From contig CAZPUN010000007.1 in NCBI GenBank assembly GCA_964589775.1, forward strand, positions 30,001 through 62,000: a DNA stretch of 32,000 nt. Reading direction: 5' to 3'. The position numbers were made by a program, and so were the translations under genes. Shown piece after piece: positions 18,372 to 27,773 of the stretch (positions are counted from its first letter, which is position 1; each line of letters starts with the position of its first letter). The notes below the pieces were generated by a model. That model ran no database searches. It was not told the origin of the DNA and saw only the letters and a list, made by a program, of their open reading frames with translations. This stretch comes from an uncultured archaeon (GTDB lineage: Archaea; Asgardarchaeota; Thorarchaeia; Thorarchaeales; CAZPUN01).

Positions 18372-19504
18372 GCATAAGCCTCCTGGACTTTTTCTACAAT
18401 TTCATGGGGTCTGTGTATCATGCCACCCATCTTTTCAAAAAGCTCGACCGGTACCTTGCCGTGAACTGCACGTTCTACTTCAAGGAATACTTGCCCGTAA
18501 TTTACCTCAGCAACAAAGATCTTCCGAACTTTGTCAGCAAGTTCATCGAAATATTTTGTTGCAAAAGGCCAGATGGTTCTTAATCGTGCGACCCCTACTT
18601 TCTTTCCTTCGTTCCTTAGCCGTATTGCCGCTTCTTTGATCGAACGACTTACGCTTCCAAATCCAACTAATACACATTCAGCGTCATCCATCATAAATTC
18701 ATCAATATCCACTATTTTATCCGCATTTAGTCTGATTTTGTCGTTCAATCTACGTACGAGCAATTCTTGCATTTCTTCACTTACATTGGGATATCCACGT
18801 GCATCATGCGTAAGCCCTGTCATGTGATATGCAAAACCTTCACCAGTCGGAGGCATAGGAGGTACTAAATCCCATTTCTTCAACTGTTTATCAAAGTCCT
18901 TTGGACTTTTCATGTATTTTCGCTTAACAAGCTTGATTTTGCTTGCTGGTGGAATCTTGACCTTCTCATACAAGTGGCTAAGAACTTCATCTGTGAGTAC
19001 AAGCACAGGAACTCGATATTCCTCAGATAAATTGAAAGCACGAATCATCAGGTCGAAGCACTCTTGGGGAGATTCCGGAGAAATCGCAATTATCTCATAG
19101 GGACCATGCGATCCCCACTTCGCTTGCATTACATCTCCCTGCCCCACAAGAGTTGGGAGCCCTGTGGAAGGTCCTCCGCGCTGTACATCGACAATGACTA
19201 ACGGAGTCTCAGTCATAACTGCAAGTCCAAGATTTTCCATCATAAGACTCAATCCCGGACCGGAGGTTGCAGTCATGCTCTTCGCTCCGCCCCATGAAGC
19301 TCCAATTACTGCCACAATGGACCCAATTTCATCTTCCATTTGAATATACGTACCACCAACTTGTGGCAATCGCCGAGACAAATGCTCAGCAATTTCACTT
19401 GAAGGTGTAATTGGGTATCCACCAAAGAACCGGCAACCTGCAGCAATCGCCCCTTCAGCTATTGCAATGTTGCCACTCAGGTAATGAAAACCCGCCTTTA
19501 GCAT
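18368..19504 (-). CDS. korA: 2-oxoacid:ferredoxin oxidoreductase alpha subunit
   Basis: GYPITPSSE, QMEDE, TATSGPG, QRGGPSTGLPT, TGLTHD. Confidence 0.93.
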   Translation of the reverse strand: MLKAGFHYLSGNIAIAEGAIAAGCRFFGGYPITPSSEIAEHLSRRLPQVGGTYIQMEDEIGSIVAVIGASWGGAKSMTATSGPGLSLMMENLGLAVMTETPLVIVDVQRGGPSTGLPTLVGQGDVMQAKWGSHGPYEIIAISPESPQECFDLMIRAFNLSEEYRVPVLVLTDEVLSHLYEKVKIPPASKIKLVKRKYMKSPKDFDKQLKKWDLVPPMPPTGEGFAYHMTGLTHDARGYPNVSEEMQELLVRRLNDKIRLNADKIVDIDEFMMDDAECVLVGFGSVSRSIKEAAIRLRNEGKKVGVARLRTIWPFATKYFDELADKVRKIFVAEVNYGQVFLEVERAVHGKVPVELFEKMGGMIHRPHEIVEKVQEAYA

Positions 19505-19809
19505 TATTTCATCTCCTTAGGCCTACTAAAGATTGCGAAATCAGGACATACATACGTGCAAAAGCCGCAATTCACACAAACCTTCAATGGTTCTTCCTCG
19601 ACAAGGATCGGATAGTGATATCCATGAACATTGAATTCTTCAGATGCCTTCAGCACCTGCTCAGGACAAAACTCGATACAAAAGCCGCAACCTTTGCACC
19701 TGTCTTTGATTACGTAAATTTCTCCACGTGGCCTTTCAATTCCATATCTTTCGACTAGACGCTCTAGCCATATTTCTTGTTTGGTCTCCGGGCTACTTTT
19801 CATGCCCAA
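19504..19809 (-). CDS. korD: 2-oxoacid:ferredoxin oxidoreductase delta (ferredoxin) subunit
   Basis: CKGCGFCIEFCP and CVNCGFCTYVCPDFAI; first gene of the operon, with GCGGTGA SD. Confidence 0.9.
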   Translation of the reverse strand: MGMKSSPETKQEIWLERLVERYGIERPRGEIYVIKDRCKGCGFCIEFCPEQVLKASEEFNVHGYHYPILVEEEPLKVCVNCGFCTYVCPDFAIFSRPKEMK

Positions 19810-20192
19810 TCACCGCGTTCCATCTCTGTCTATGTAAAAACTTTAGTTTCATACATATTAAATTTTACGATTTTTAGTTTTATTTTATCAAAAAATTACC
19901 ATTATTAGGAAAATTAAGTAAATCATAACTTTTACAAATAATAATGTATATATTGTAAAGAAAATTAAGCCATATTTTTTTGATTTCATAGACAAATATG
20001 AGCGCTTTTGTTCAGTTGAGATTATAATTTCATAGATTACCAGTTTGTATATGAAAACACTACATAGGGTATTGATACATGCCTACGGATTATTTAGCTA
20101 TCTCTATTTATTATTCAGGTTAAACTCATAGGAGGACAAATAAAACGATTACAAATAGGCGCTAAAAAAGAAAAGAAAAATAAATGAATATT

Positions 20193-21377
20193 CTACATAA
20201 TGCCCAGAGACTTGTGCTTTTCTACGATTTGGTCCATTAACGCGTCAAGTTTCTTGAATGCTTCATCATCAGGATATCCCTTAATGAGTACTGGCTCGAG
20301 AAGTTCGACCTTTAGATTTGGAATCATGCCTTTTAGTATATCAACTGTTCTTCCACCCCAACCATAGGAGCCAACGATCGTTAGAAACTTCGTCTTTGGC
20401 TTGATAAGATTTGCAAGAGTTGCGGCATAGATTGCCCTCGGATGAGGCCCTGCAAGAACAGTAGGAGTTCCAATGATCACTGTTGCCGCATCGACCATGG
20501 ACATTGCCAGTTCGTCTATTCGGCTATCGCGAATCATATAACTATATACTTTGACACCACGATCAACTAGTCCAGCAACGAGATAATCAACCATACGTTT
20601 TGTACTGCCATGCATTGAAGTATAAGCGATAACGACCGAATTTACGACCTTATCGGACGCCCAATCAGTGTAGGCATCAATTATGAATTTTGGATCTTTA
20701 TAAATCGGTCCATGGCTTGGAGCAATCATTTTAATTTCGTAGTTATTTAGCTTCTCGATGTTCTTCTTAATGAATCGTCGGAATGGCATCATAATTTCTG
20801 CGTAATATCGTTTTGCAGCATCATACAACTTTCTGTCGGGTGTTGCAAAGACTTCTGTTGTAGCCATATGAGACCCAAAGAAATCGCATGAGAATAAGAT
20901 TTTATCCTCTACAAGATAAGTTACCATAGTTTCGGGCCAATGTACCCAAGGCGTGAAAATGAATTTTAAGGTCTTATCGCCGAGAGAAAGTTCATCACCA
21001 TCATTGATCACGTGAAACTTTTCTTCAGGAAGATGAAGATGGTCTTTCAATAAGTCCATACACTTTTTATTTGTAACAACTTTTGCATCTGGATAAAGCT
21101 CCAGCATTCGTGGAATAGAACCTGAATGGTCCTGCTCAGCATGATGAGAAACAATGTAATCGACATGTTCAATTTTTGTATTCTTCAATGCCTCAAGAAA
21201 TTCATCTTCAAACATTGGATCAACGCCATCAATAATTACGGTCTTTTCAGTTCCCTTGATAACATATGAGTTATAGCTTGTTCCATCAGGTAATGGCATT
21301 AATTCATCAAAATACTCACGATTGAAATCTATTGCACCATAATATATAACATTCTTAACTAATTCATACACAATCAT
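20193..21377 (-). CDS. fprA: Flavodiiron protein (FprA; O2/NO reductase)
   Basis: GTSYNSY, HAEQDHSG, HWPE, SCDFFG, APSHG, flavodoxin domain (SMHGST, GSYGWGG). Confidence 0.95.
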   Translation of the reverse strand: MIVYELVKNVIYYGAIDFNREYFDELMPLPDGTSYNSYVIKGTEKTVIIDGVDPMFEDEFLEALKNTKIEHVDYIVSHHAEQDHSGSIPRMLELYPDAKVVTNKKCMDLLKDHLHLPEEKFHVINDGDELSLGDKTLKFIFTPWVHWPETMVTYLVEDKILFSCDFFGSHMATTEVFATPDRKLYDAAKRYYAEIMMPFRRFIKKNIEKLNNYEIKMIAPSHGPIYKDPKFIIDAYTDWASDKVVNSVVIAYTSMHGSTKRMVDYLVAGLVDRGVKVYSYMIRDSRIDELAMSMVDAATVIIGTPTVLAGPHPRAIYAATLANLIKPKTKFLTIVGSYGWGGRTVDILKGMIPNLKVELLEPVLIKGYPDDEAFKKLDALMDQIVEKHKSLGIM

Positions 21378-21437
21378 CTTAATTTACACTCCCTCAAATA
21401 ATCCAATAAAAAAAAGAGGAATTTGGGTCTTAAATAT

Positions 21438-22097
21438 TTATAGTTTCTTGTGACAGAGCCACCAATCATAACACTCAAATTCGCCTTTCTTGGCTGCTTC
21501 AAGTCTAGCCTTTGCGTCCTTTTCACTAGCTGCAGGTGGAATAATTACATGGTCGCCGACAAGTTCGTTCTCTGGCCAATTGGCAGGCGTTGCTACTTTG
21601 TTAGCATCAGAGGTCTGAAGTGCCTTAACAATTCTAAGAATTTCATCCATATTTCGTCCAATTTCCTGTGGATAGTAGAGAATCAATCTAATAATTCCAT
21701 TAGGATCTACAACAAATACTGCACGAACTGTATTGGTTCCTTTGTTTGGATGTACCATTCCAAGAATCTTGCCAATACGTCCAGTATCATCAGCAATAAC
21801 TGGGAATTTAATTTCGACATCTAGATTTTCTTTGATCCATTCAACCCACTTAATATGGCTGAATACCTGATCAATGCTAAGTCCAATTAACTCAGTGTTC
21901 ATTTCCTTGAATTTCTCATATCGCTTCTGGAATGCGACAAACTCGGTCGTACAAACTGGTGTAAAGTCAGCAGGGTGCGAAAATAGGATAAACCATTTAC
22001 CCTTGTAGTCATCGGGAATTTTTACTTTTCCGTGGGTGGTCTGTGCCTCGAATGAGGGCATTTTCTCTCCAATCAGGGGAATTCGTACTTCACTCAT
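21438..22097 (-). CDS. Peroxiredoxin (Prx6/archaeal type)
   Basis: [30 protein letters not shown]-terminal CYDWWLC. ATG 22097 follows AGGTGA; the ORF track starts at 22106. Confidence 0.95.
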   Translation of the reverse strand: MSEVRIPLIGEKMPSFEAQTTHGKVKIPDDYKGKWFILFSHPADFTPVCTTEFVAFQKRYEKFKEMNTELIGLSIDQVFSHIKWVEWIKENLDVEIKFPVIADDTGRIGKILGMVHPNKGTNTVRAVFVVDPNGIIRLILYYPQEIGRNMDEILRIVKALQTSDANKVATPANWPENELVGDHVIIPPAASEKDAKARLEAAKKGEFECYDWWLCHKKL

Positions 22098-22162
22098 TTT
22101 TTTCACCTTTTAGAACTTTTATGTTCAGTAAGATTTATTAATAGTTATGAGTATATAAGTTT

Positions 22163-22585
22163 ATGGTTCGAATCTCAAACTTAAAATTGATAAAGATCTT
22201 GCTGAAGAATGCAAGAAAACCTTATCCACAGGTTGCAAAGGAATTCAATGTTAGTGAAACTGCAATAAGGAAGCGTGTAAAGAAGCTAGAACAAGAGCAG
22301 GTGATTCTTGGATTTACGATTGATGTCAACCCAAAGAAGCTTGGATATAGTCATGTTGTGCTATTAGGCATTGACACACTACCTGAAAAGCTTCTAGAGG
22401 TTACAAGAGCGCTCAAAGAGAAGGATGAAGTCATAAAATTATATCTTTCAAGCGGAGATCATATGATAATGGCGGAATGCTGGTTTGAATCTTCAGAAGA
22501 ATTCATGAATTTCATTAAAGAACTTGAGTCAAATAAGAGTATTACAAAGGTTTGTCCGGCCATACTTGTCGAGCGTCTAAAATAA
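22163..22585 (+). CDS. lrpA: Lrp/AsnC transcriptional regulator, LrpA-like
   Basis: HTH (SETAIRKRVKKLE), NPKKLGY, LYLSSGDHMIMA and TKVCPAIL closely match Thermococcales LrpA as I recall it; divergent from the prx gene. Confidence 0.88.
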   Translation: MVRISNLKLIKILLKNARKPYPQVAKEFNVSETAIRKRVKKLEQEQVILGFTIDVNPKKLGYSHVVLLGIDTLPEKLLEVTRALKEKDEVIKLYLSSGDHMIMAECWFESSEEFMNFIKELESNKSITKVCPAILVERLK

Positions 22586-22658
22586 TTCTATAAGTTGCAG
22601 TTAAATACAAATGGACATATGGGTCCATAATTACTTCCATTATTGATAATTAGGTTGT

Positions 22659-23300
22659 GTGAATAATTTGAATGAAAGCGACCTGATAGAGCAGATTAGA
22701 GCTCTTAAAAATTCTGAAATCAGAGAGATTGTGGAAAAAAGAATAGAGGAGTTTAGAAAATTAGGACGAGGATCATCTAGAGAAATCTTCAAAGAGCTTT
22801 GTTTTTGTCTTCTCACCGCGAATTTTAGTGCCAAGGGAGGTATGAAAATTCAGAATGAGCTTGGCGACGGTTTCATCACGCTTTCACAAGATGAATTAGC
22901 AGAACGGCTAAGAAGTTTAGGTCATAGATTTCCGAATGCCCGTGCGGAATATATTGTTAGAGCAAGACAGTTAGCAGATAATCTAAAGCAAATAATTTCT
23001 GAATTTGATAATACATTAGAATTAAGAGATTGGTTAGCGAAACATGTTAAGGGGTTAGGATACAAAGAAGCGAGTCATTTCCTTAGGAATATTGGCTTTA
23101 CAGATGTTGCCATCATTGATTTTCACATAATTGACATACTCGTTCGACACAATATAATTTCACGTCCGAAAACACTAACTAAACGGAGATATATAGATAT
23201 TGAACAAAAGCTGCAGGAACTTGGAGATGAAGTTGGTCTTAATCTTGCAGAATTAGATCTATACTTATGGTATTTAGAGACTGGCCAGATATTAAAATAG
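22659..23300 (+). CDS. ogg: 8-oxoguanine DNA glycosylase/AP lyase (archaeal Ogg)
   Basis: ELCFCLLTAN, GHRF, HhH motif VKGLGYKEASHFLRN, AIIDFHI, LDLYLWY..TG.ILK C-terminus. Confidence 0.93.
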   Translation: MNNLNESDLIEQIRALKNSEIREIVEKRIEEFRKLGRGSSREIFKELCFCLLTANFSAKGGMKIQNELGDGFITLSQDELAERLRSLGHRFPNARAEYIVRARQLADNLKQIISEFDNTLELRDWLAKHVKGLGYKEASHFLRNIGFTDVAIIDFHIIDILVRHNIISRPKTLTKRRYIDIEQKLQELGDEVGLNLAELDLYLWYLETGQILK

Positions 23301-23323
23301 GAAATTATGTGAAATTAAACTTG

Positions 23324-24253
23324 TTATCCCACTAGATTTTCGTCATTTTCTTGCTCATATTGTTCTTTTTCGCTGAATATTGTAGTGATTATTCCGACAG
23401 AGACTACTACGCCACCTATGATAACATATGGAGCGGGAATCTCAGCAAATAAAAACATCGCAATAGTAGATGCAATGAGCGGTTCCAGCAAAGCAACTGT
23501 GGCAATCACATACGCCTTGATCTTCTTTAATAAGAACGACTCTAATGTATGACCAAGTCCCGTAGGAACTATCACAAGCCCTGTAAGCCATACATAATCA
23601 ATTAGTAACCACTGAATCGGTTCATAAAACAATACAACAGGCAGTAGAACAATCGTTGCTACAAGATAAATTATGGCCGTATATGTTGTGTTGCTCAGAT
23701 GCTTTCGCACATGACGCCCACCTACCAAATAGGACGCATAGAAAAACCCACCAACCAACGCAAATATGTCACCCATAAAATAAGTGCTACCAACTTGAAA
23801 ATCCGCATTCGCAATTATAATTGCGCCGATTAATGCCAGAAAAATTCCGAGCCATGCAATTCGTCGAGGCTTTTCTCGAAATAATACTATTGATAGTATA
23901 GCCGCAAAAATTGGAGAGCTATTCACGAAAAGGGTCGAAGCTGCCACCGTGGTAAGATCTAATGAGATAAAGAATGTTACAAAATGCAAAGCTAACGCAA
24001 TTCCAGTCAAAATAAGCGCAAAATAGTTTTCCTTTATTATTGAAAATGTTTTCTTATTGAACTGCTGAAGTATGACGGCCCCAATTAACATAATTATTGC
24101 TGAGATACTCATTCGCCAAAATGCAATTACAACAGGGGGCGAAGTACATAAGCGTACCATAATAGATGCCGTTGAGGCTGCAGTTACTGCTATAAACAAC
24201 AATACATAGTAAATTTGTTTGCTAGGCATGGTTCCTTCAGATTTTTGTTCCAA
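23324..24253 (-). CDS. DMT/EamA family transporter
   Basis: About 10 TM helices with EamA-repeat motifs (AFWR, HF..F..SL, GD..AL.G, GHT, LLEP). Start may be ATG about 24229. Confidence 0.9.
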   Translation of the reverse strand: MEQKSEGTMPSKQIYYVLLFIAVTAASTASIMVRLCTSPPVVIAFWRMSISAIIMLIGAVILQQFNKKTFSIIKENYFALILTGIALALHFVTFFISLDLTTVAASTLFVNSSPIFAAILSIVLFREKPRRIAWLGIFLALIGAIIIANADFQVGSTYFMGDIFALVGGFFYASYLVGGRHVRKHLSNTTYTAIIYLVATIVLLPVVLFYEPIQWLLIDYVWLTGLVIVPTGLGHTLESFLLKKIKAYVIATVALLEPLIASTIAMFLFAEIPAPYVIIGGVVVSVGIITTIFSEKEQYEQENDENLVG

Positions 24254-24373
24254 TAAAAGGTTAATGATTATAGATTGTCTTTTTAGATAAATAATATTTA
24301 GATGAACAATAGATGATTAATTTAGAGTTATCTATAAGCTACGGGAGCACATCGCTTAAAAATCGACGATACC

Positions 24374-24388
24374 ATAAACGTTTATAAA
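24374..24388 (+). promoter_or_regulatory. Candidate BRE/TATA promoter (ATAAACG-TTTATAAA) pointing into the non-coding repeat region
   Basis: Matches the archaeal TTTAWA box with a purine-rich upstream element; no long ORF follows it. Confidence 0.35.
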
Positions 24389-24602
24389 AATATGAGCGAC
24401 ATTATGAAACAATTTGAGAATTTATAATGGGTTCGAGTTTAATACAACGTATTAAAAATCATTCTCTGAAGAAAATTAAGCGATAATCAAATCCCTCGTC
24501 AGGACACGGCAAGCAAATGCGCGAAATCATTATCGCAAGGTTTGTAGATTTATTTAGAAACTTTGGATACATTCATTTAAAGACGATTATTAGGAGAATC
24601 CC

Positions 24603-24699
24603 GACAAAACGGATGCCTAGTAAGAGTAGTGCAAAGTGACGGCAACTTCAAACGAGACATCTACTATTAAGACAAAACGGATGCCTAGTAAGAGTAGTG
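24603..24699. repeat. Two perfect 29-bp direct repeats GACAAAACGGATGCCTAGTAAGAGTAGTG separated by a unique 39-bp spacer (CRISPR-like geometry)
   Basis: Copies at 24603-24631 and 24671-24699; spacer 24632-24670. No third copy and no cas genes in the window. Confidence 0.85.
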
Positions 24700-24915
24700 A
24701 ATCAAACATTGTAGGAGATAAACTTGATACAATGAACAAAGAATACATTATAATTCTCAAAAAATGATTTTAATTTTAAACTACTAAAAAGGTCATTTGA
24801 ATATAGAAAGAGCAAAACATTCTACATCTATGAAAACATTTGATGGAAGATCGTTTTTGCAATGGAAGCCGTTTTGATATTATTTTACAGTTTTGACGAT
24901 AGTGATTTCTTGATT

Positions 24916-24929
24916 CCGAAATTTTATAA
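24916..24929 (+). promoter_or_regulatory. BRE/TATA promoter of the carbamate kinase gene
   Basis: CCGAAA followed by TTTTATAA, about 75 bp upstream of the start. Confidence 0.5.
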
Positions 24930-25003
24930 GAAGCTTAGCAAGATGTGAATATCTCCAATGACCCGACTATTAAAAATTACAAATTTTCATTGGGGTGGCA
25001 GAA

Positions 25004-25933
25004 ATGGCAAAGACAATTGTGGTAGCGTTAGGCGGAAACGCCATTCTTCAGAAAGGCGAAAAAGGAACATTTGAAGAACAGTATAAAAATGTTAGAAAGA
25101 CATGTGAGCATATTGCAAAGCTCATCGACCGGGGCTATAGAGTAGTTATTACTCACGGAAATGGACCACAAGTTGGTGCAATTCTTCTTCAGAATGATGC
25201 GGGTAAGGAATTAGTACCGCCTATGCCACTTGATGTATGTGGAGCAGAATCTCAAGGATTTATTGGATACATGATACAGCAGAATTTGGACAACTTACTT
25301 AAAGGAAAAAGGCCTGTAGCAACTGTGGTCACACAAGTGGTTGTGAATAAAGATGATCCTGCATTTAATGACCCTTCAAAACCAGTTGGTCCATTTTATG
25401 ATGAAGCAACAGCAAAGAAGTTACAAAAAGAGAAGGGCTGGATAGTAAAAGAAGATGCAGGCCGTGGCTGGCGAAGAGTAGTCCCCTCACCAGATCCTAA
25501 AAGAATTGTCGAATCTGAAGCAATTAATTCATTGATCAAGGCAGGAGTCATTGTAATTGCTTCTGGAGGCGGTGGAATTCCAGTAATTGAAGAGGATGGA
25601 AACCTAAGAGGTGTAGAAGCCGTTATTGATAAAGACCTCGCAGGCGAAAGACTAGCAAAAGAAGTGAAGGCAGACATCTTGATGATCCTGACAAGTGTAG
25701 ATCAAGTTTATCTAAATTACGGAAAACCAGAACAAAAGGGCTTATCAAGAATGACAGTAGAAGAAGCAAAGAAATATTACGATGAAGGGCATTTTGCAAA
25801 GGGCAGCATGGGTCCAAAAGTAAAGGCAGCAATCAGATTTGTAGAAAATGGTGGAAAAATGGCAATAATTACATCTCCAGAACTTGCAACTGATGCGCTT
25901 GATGGTAAAGCCGGTACAATCATTACAAAATAA
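25004..25933 (+). CDS. arcC: Carbamate kinase
   Basis: [56 protein letters not shown] 25004 follows GGGGTGG; the ORF track starts at 24995. Confidence 0.96.
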   Translation: MAKTIVVALGGNAILQKGEKGTFEEQYKNVRKTCEHIAKLIDRGYRVVITHGNGPQVGAILLQNDAGKELVPPMPLDVCGAESQGFIGYMIQQNLDNLLKGKRPVATVVTQVVVNKDDPAFNDPSKPVGPFYDEATAKKLQKEKGWIVKEDAGRGWRRVVPSPDPKRIVESEAINSLIKAGVIVIASGGGGIPVIEEDGNLRGVEAVIDKDLAGERLAKEVKADILMILTSVDQVYLNYGKPEQKGLSRMTVEEAKKYYDEGHFAKGSMGPKVKAAIRFVENGGKMAIITSPELATDALDGKAGTIITK

Positions 25934-25946
25934 AAAGTGATTCATA

Positions 25947-26699
25947 TTGCGAAATATTTCGTTTGCTCGTGTCTCAAACATATATGACAAAAGTCGTGAA
26001 ATAAGTCCAGAATTACAGGAAAAAATCAGAAAATTAATCGCAAAATTTATTGATGAAAACACGATACTCTGTGATATAGGTGCAGGAACTGGTAGATTCG
26101 GGAGATTAATATCATCTCTCCCCGTTTTTTATATTTCTTTAGATATTGCATTCGAAATGTTGATGAAAAGTAGAATCAATTATTCACTAAACTACTTTAG
26201 AAATATATCCTGTATTCAAGCTACATCGGAAGCTATTCCATGTAGAGATCAATCAATTGATATCGTACTAACAGTGAATTTCTTACACCTCATAAATTTA
26301 TCCAAGTTCGCCAAGGAATTGAATAGAATTCTAAAAGTTGGTGGCTATTTCATAGCAGGATTCTTAGATACTGGTATTGATGAGGTTAGACAGTATTATG
26401 AACAAATTGCACGGAATCTTTGGAATCGATCTTATGGAATCCAAAAGCCGGTAAATGAACTTTTGTATTTCACAAAAGATATGCAACTTATTATGTTCGA
26501 TGAGCTTACTGGAACCCTTAAGGTTTCAATGCAGGAGCGATTAAAATATATGAGAGAAAAAGCTTATTCATCAATGTGGAATATTCCAGACAAGATTCAT
26601 GATAAGATTATGAAGATCGTTGAAAAAAATTTTTCTTCAAAATCAGCGTCAGTAATGCAACAAAAATTTATCGGATATGTTTACAAGAAACAGAATTAA
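25947..26699 (+). CDS. Class I SAM-dependent methyltransferase (UbiE/Methyltransf_11-like)
   Basis: CDIGAGTGRF, LDIAFEML, IP..DQSID, ELNRILKVGG. Confidence 0.85.
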   Translation: MRNISFARVSNIYDKSREISPELQEKIRKLIAKFIDENTILCDIGAGTGRFGRLISSLPVFYISLDIAFEMLMKSRINYSLNYFRNISCIQATSEAIPCRDQSIDIVLTVNFLHLINLSKFAKELNRILKVGGYFIAGFLDTGIDEVRQYYEQIARNLWNRSYGIQKPVNELLYFTKDMQLIMFDELTGTLKVSMQERLKYMREKAYSSMWNIPDKIHDKIMKIVEKNFSSKSASVMQQKFIGYVYKKQN

Positions 26700-26931
26700 T
26701 CTTGTTTTCGCCCTTTACACATAAGTCTAAGAGAGAACAACGCGCTTAAAGTCGCTTACGCTATTAATACCTTCGAATGCTTCTAAATCAAAAGGTCTTT
26801 GCCTTAAATCCGATAAGATCTTCAGTAGGAAGCATTCCCTTAAATTAAACCTTTTTAAAATGAATTATTTTATGCCTCAGGTGATTATCCAAAAGAATTA
26901 TAGAAAAAGATATTGAGCCATGATTTTAATT

Positions 26932-27648
26932 TTAATCCTTTTGCGTTAATTCTTTGATTCGTGTTTTAGCAAACGCACAGTACTCTGGAACTATCTCAAT
27001 TCCTATAAAATGACGATTCAGCATTTTTGAGACAACAGCTACTGTACCTGAACCCAGAAATGGGTCAAATACTAAATCATGTTCATCACTACTAAATAGA
27101 AGAATTTTTTTAACAAGTTCAATAGGAAGCTTTGTCGGTGTCTTAATTTTTCCAGTCCAATATTCACGCTTTATAACCCAAACATCCTCCGGATAATGCT
27201 CAATCTTGTTAAATTTGTATTTCTTAGCATCTTTGACTACAAATAAAATGTGATAATGACTCGTAACATATTTGCGTTTTGTAAATACGCCAAATTGATA
27301 TTTCCATATCAAATGATTGATTGTAATGAACCCAACATCATCTAAAGCGTTCAAAATATCCTTCAAATTATTCCAACCTGAAAATACATACATACTACCA
27401 TTCCTTTTTAAAATGCGGAATGCCTCACGCATCCAGTTGATTGTGAAGTCATAATAATCCTTTTTGGATATTTCATTATAGCCCTCAAGAACTCTATTTG
27501 CAGTCCGATTGTAATTTCCTCGCTTCGCTTTGAACTCAATTGCAAAGGGGGGGTCGGTTACTATTAGATCTACGAACTCTTCAGGTATCTTTTGCATAAG
27601 TTTCAATGAATCTCCGCAATATATATTGTCTATTTGAATCTCTTCCAT
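26932..27648 (-). CDS. Site-specific DNA methyltransferase, beta class (N4-C/N6-A)
   Basis: DLIVTDPPF (motif IV) precedes VFDPFLGSGT (motif I); DVW...PTKLP. ATG 27648 follows GGGTGA; the ORF track starts at 27660. Confidence 0.92.
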   Translation of the reverse strand: MEEIQIDNIYCGDSLKLMQKIPEEFVDLIVTDPPFAIEFKAKRGNYNRTANRVLEGYNEISKKDYYDFTINWMREAFRILKRNGSMYVFSGWNNLKDILNALDDVGFITINHLIWKYQFGVFTKRKYVTSHYHILFVVKDAKKYKFNKIEHYPEDVWVIKREYWTGKIKTPTKLPIELVKKILLFSSDEHDLVFDPFLGSGTVAVVSKMLNRHFIGIEIVPEYCAFAKTRIKELTQKD

Positions 27649-27773
27649 TTTATTACTCACCCGGTATGATACAGGCTTATCAATCAGGAATTTAATATAA
27701 AAATCCTATTCATATTATGCGAATAATATTTCGTTTAATATTTCAAATCATATTATTTTTACTGGGTGATATT

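Noticed and set aside
10500-22097. Selenocysteine recoding in HdrA, MvhD, MvhA or Prx (selenoproteins in some methanogens and Asgard archaea)
   Set aside because: All relevant positions are Cys codons in uninterrupted ORFs; TGA occurs only as terminal stops.
26775-26837. 9-bp inverted repeat GAATGCTTC/GAAGCATTC in a convergent intergenic region
   Set aside because: Short with a 45-nt loop, no target-site duplication or transposase; compatible with chance.
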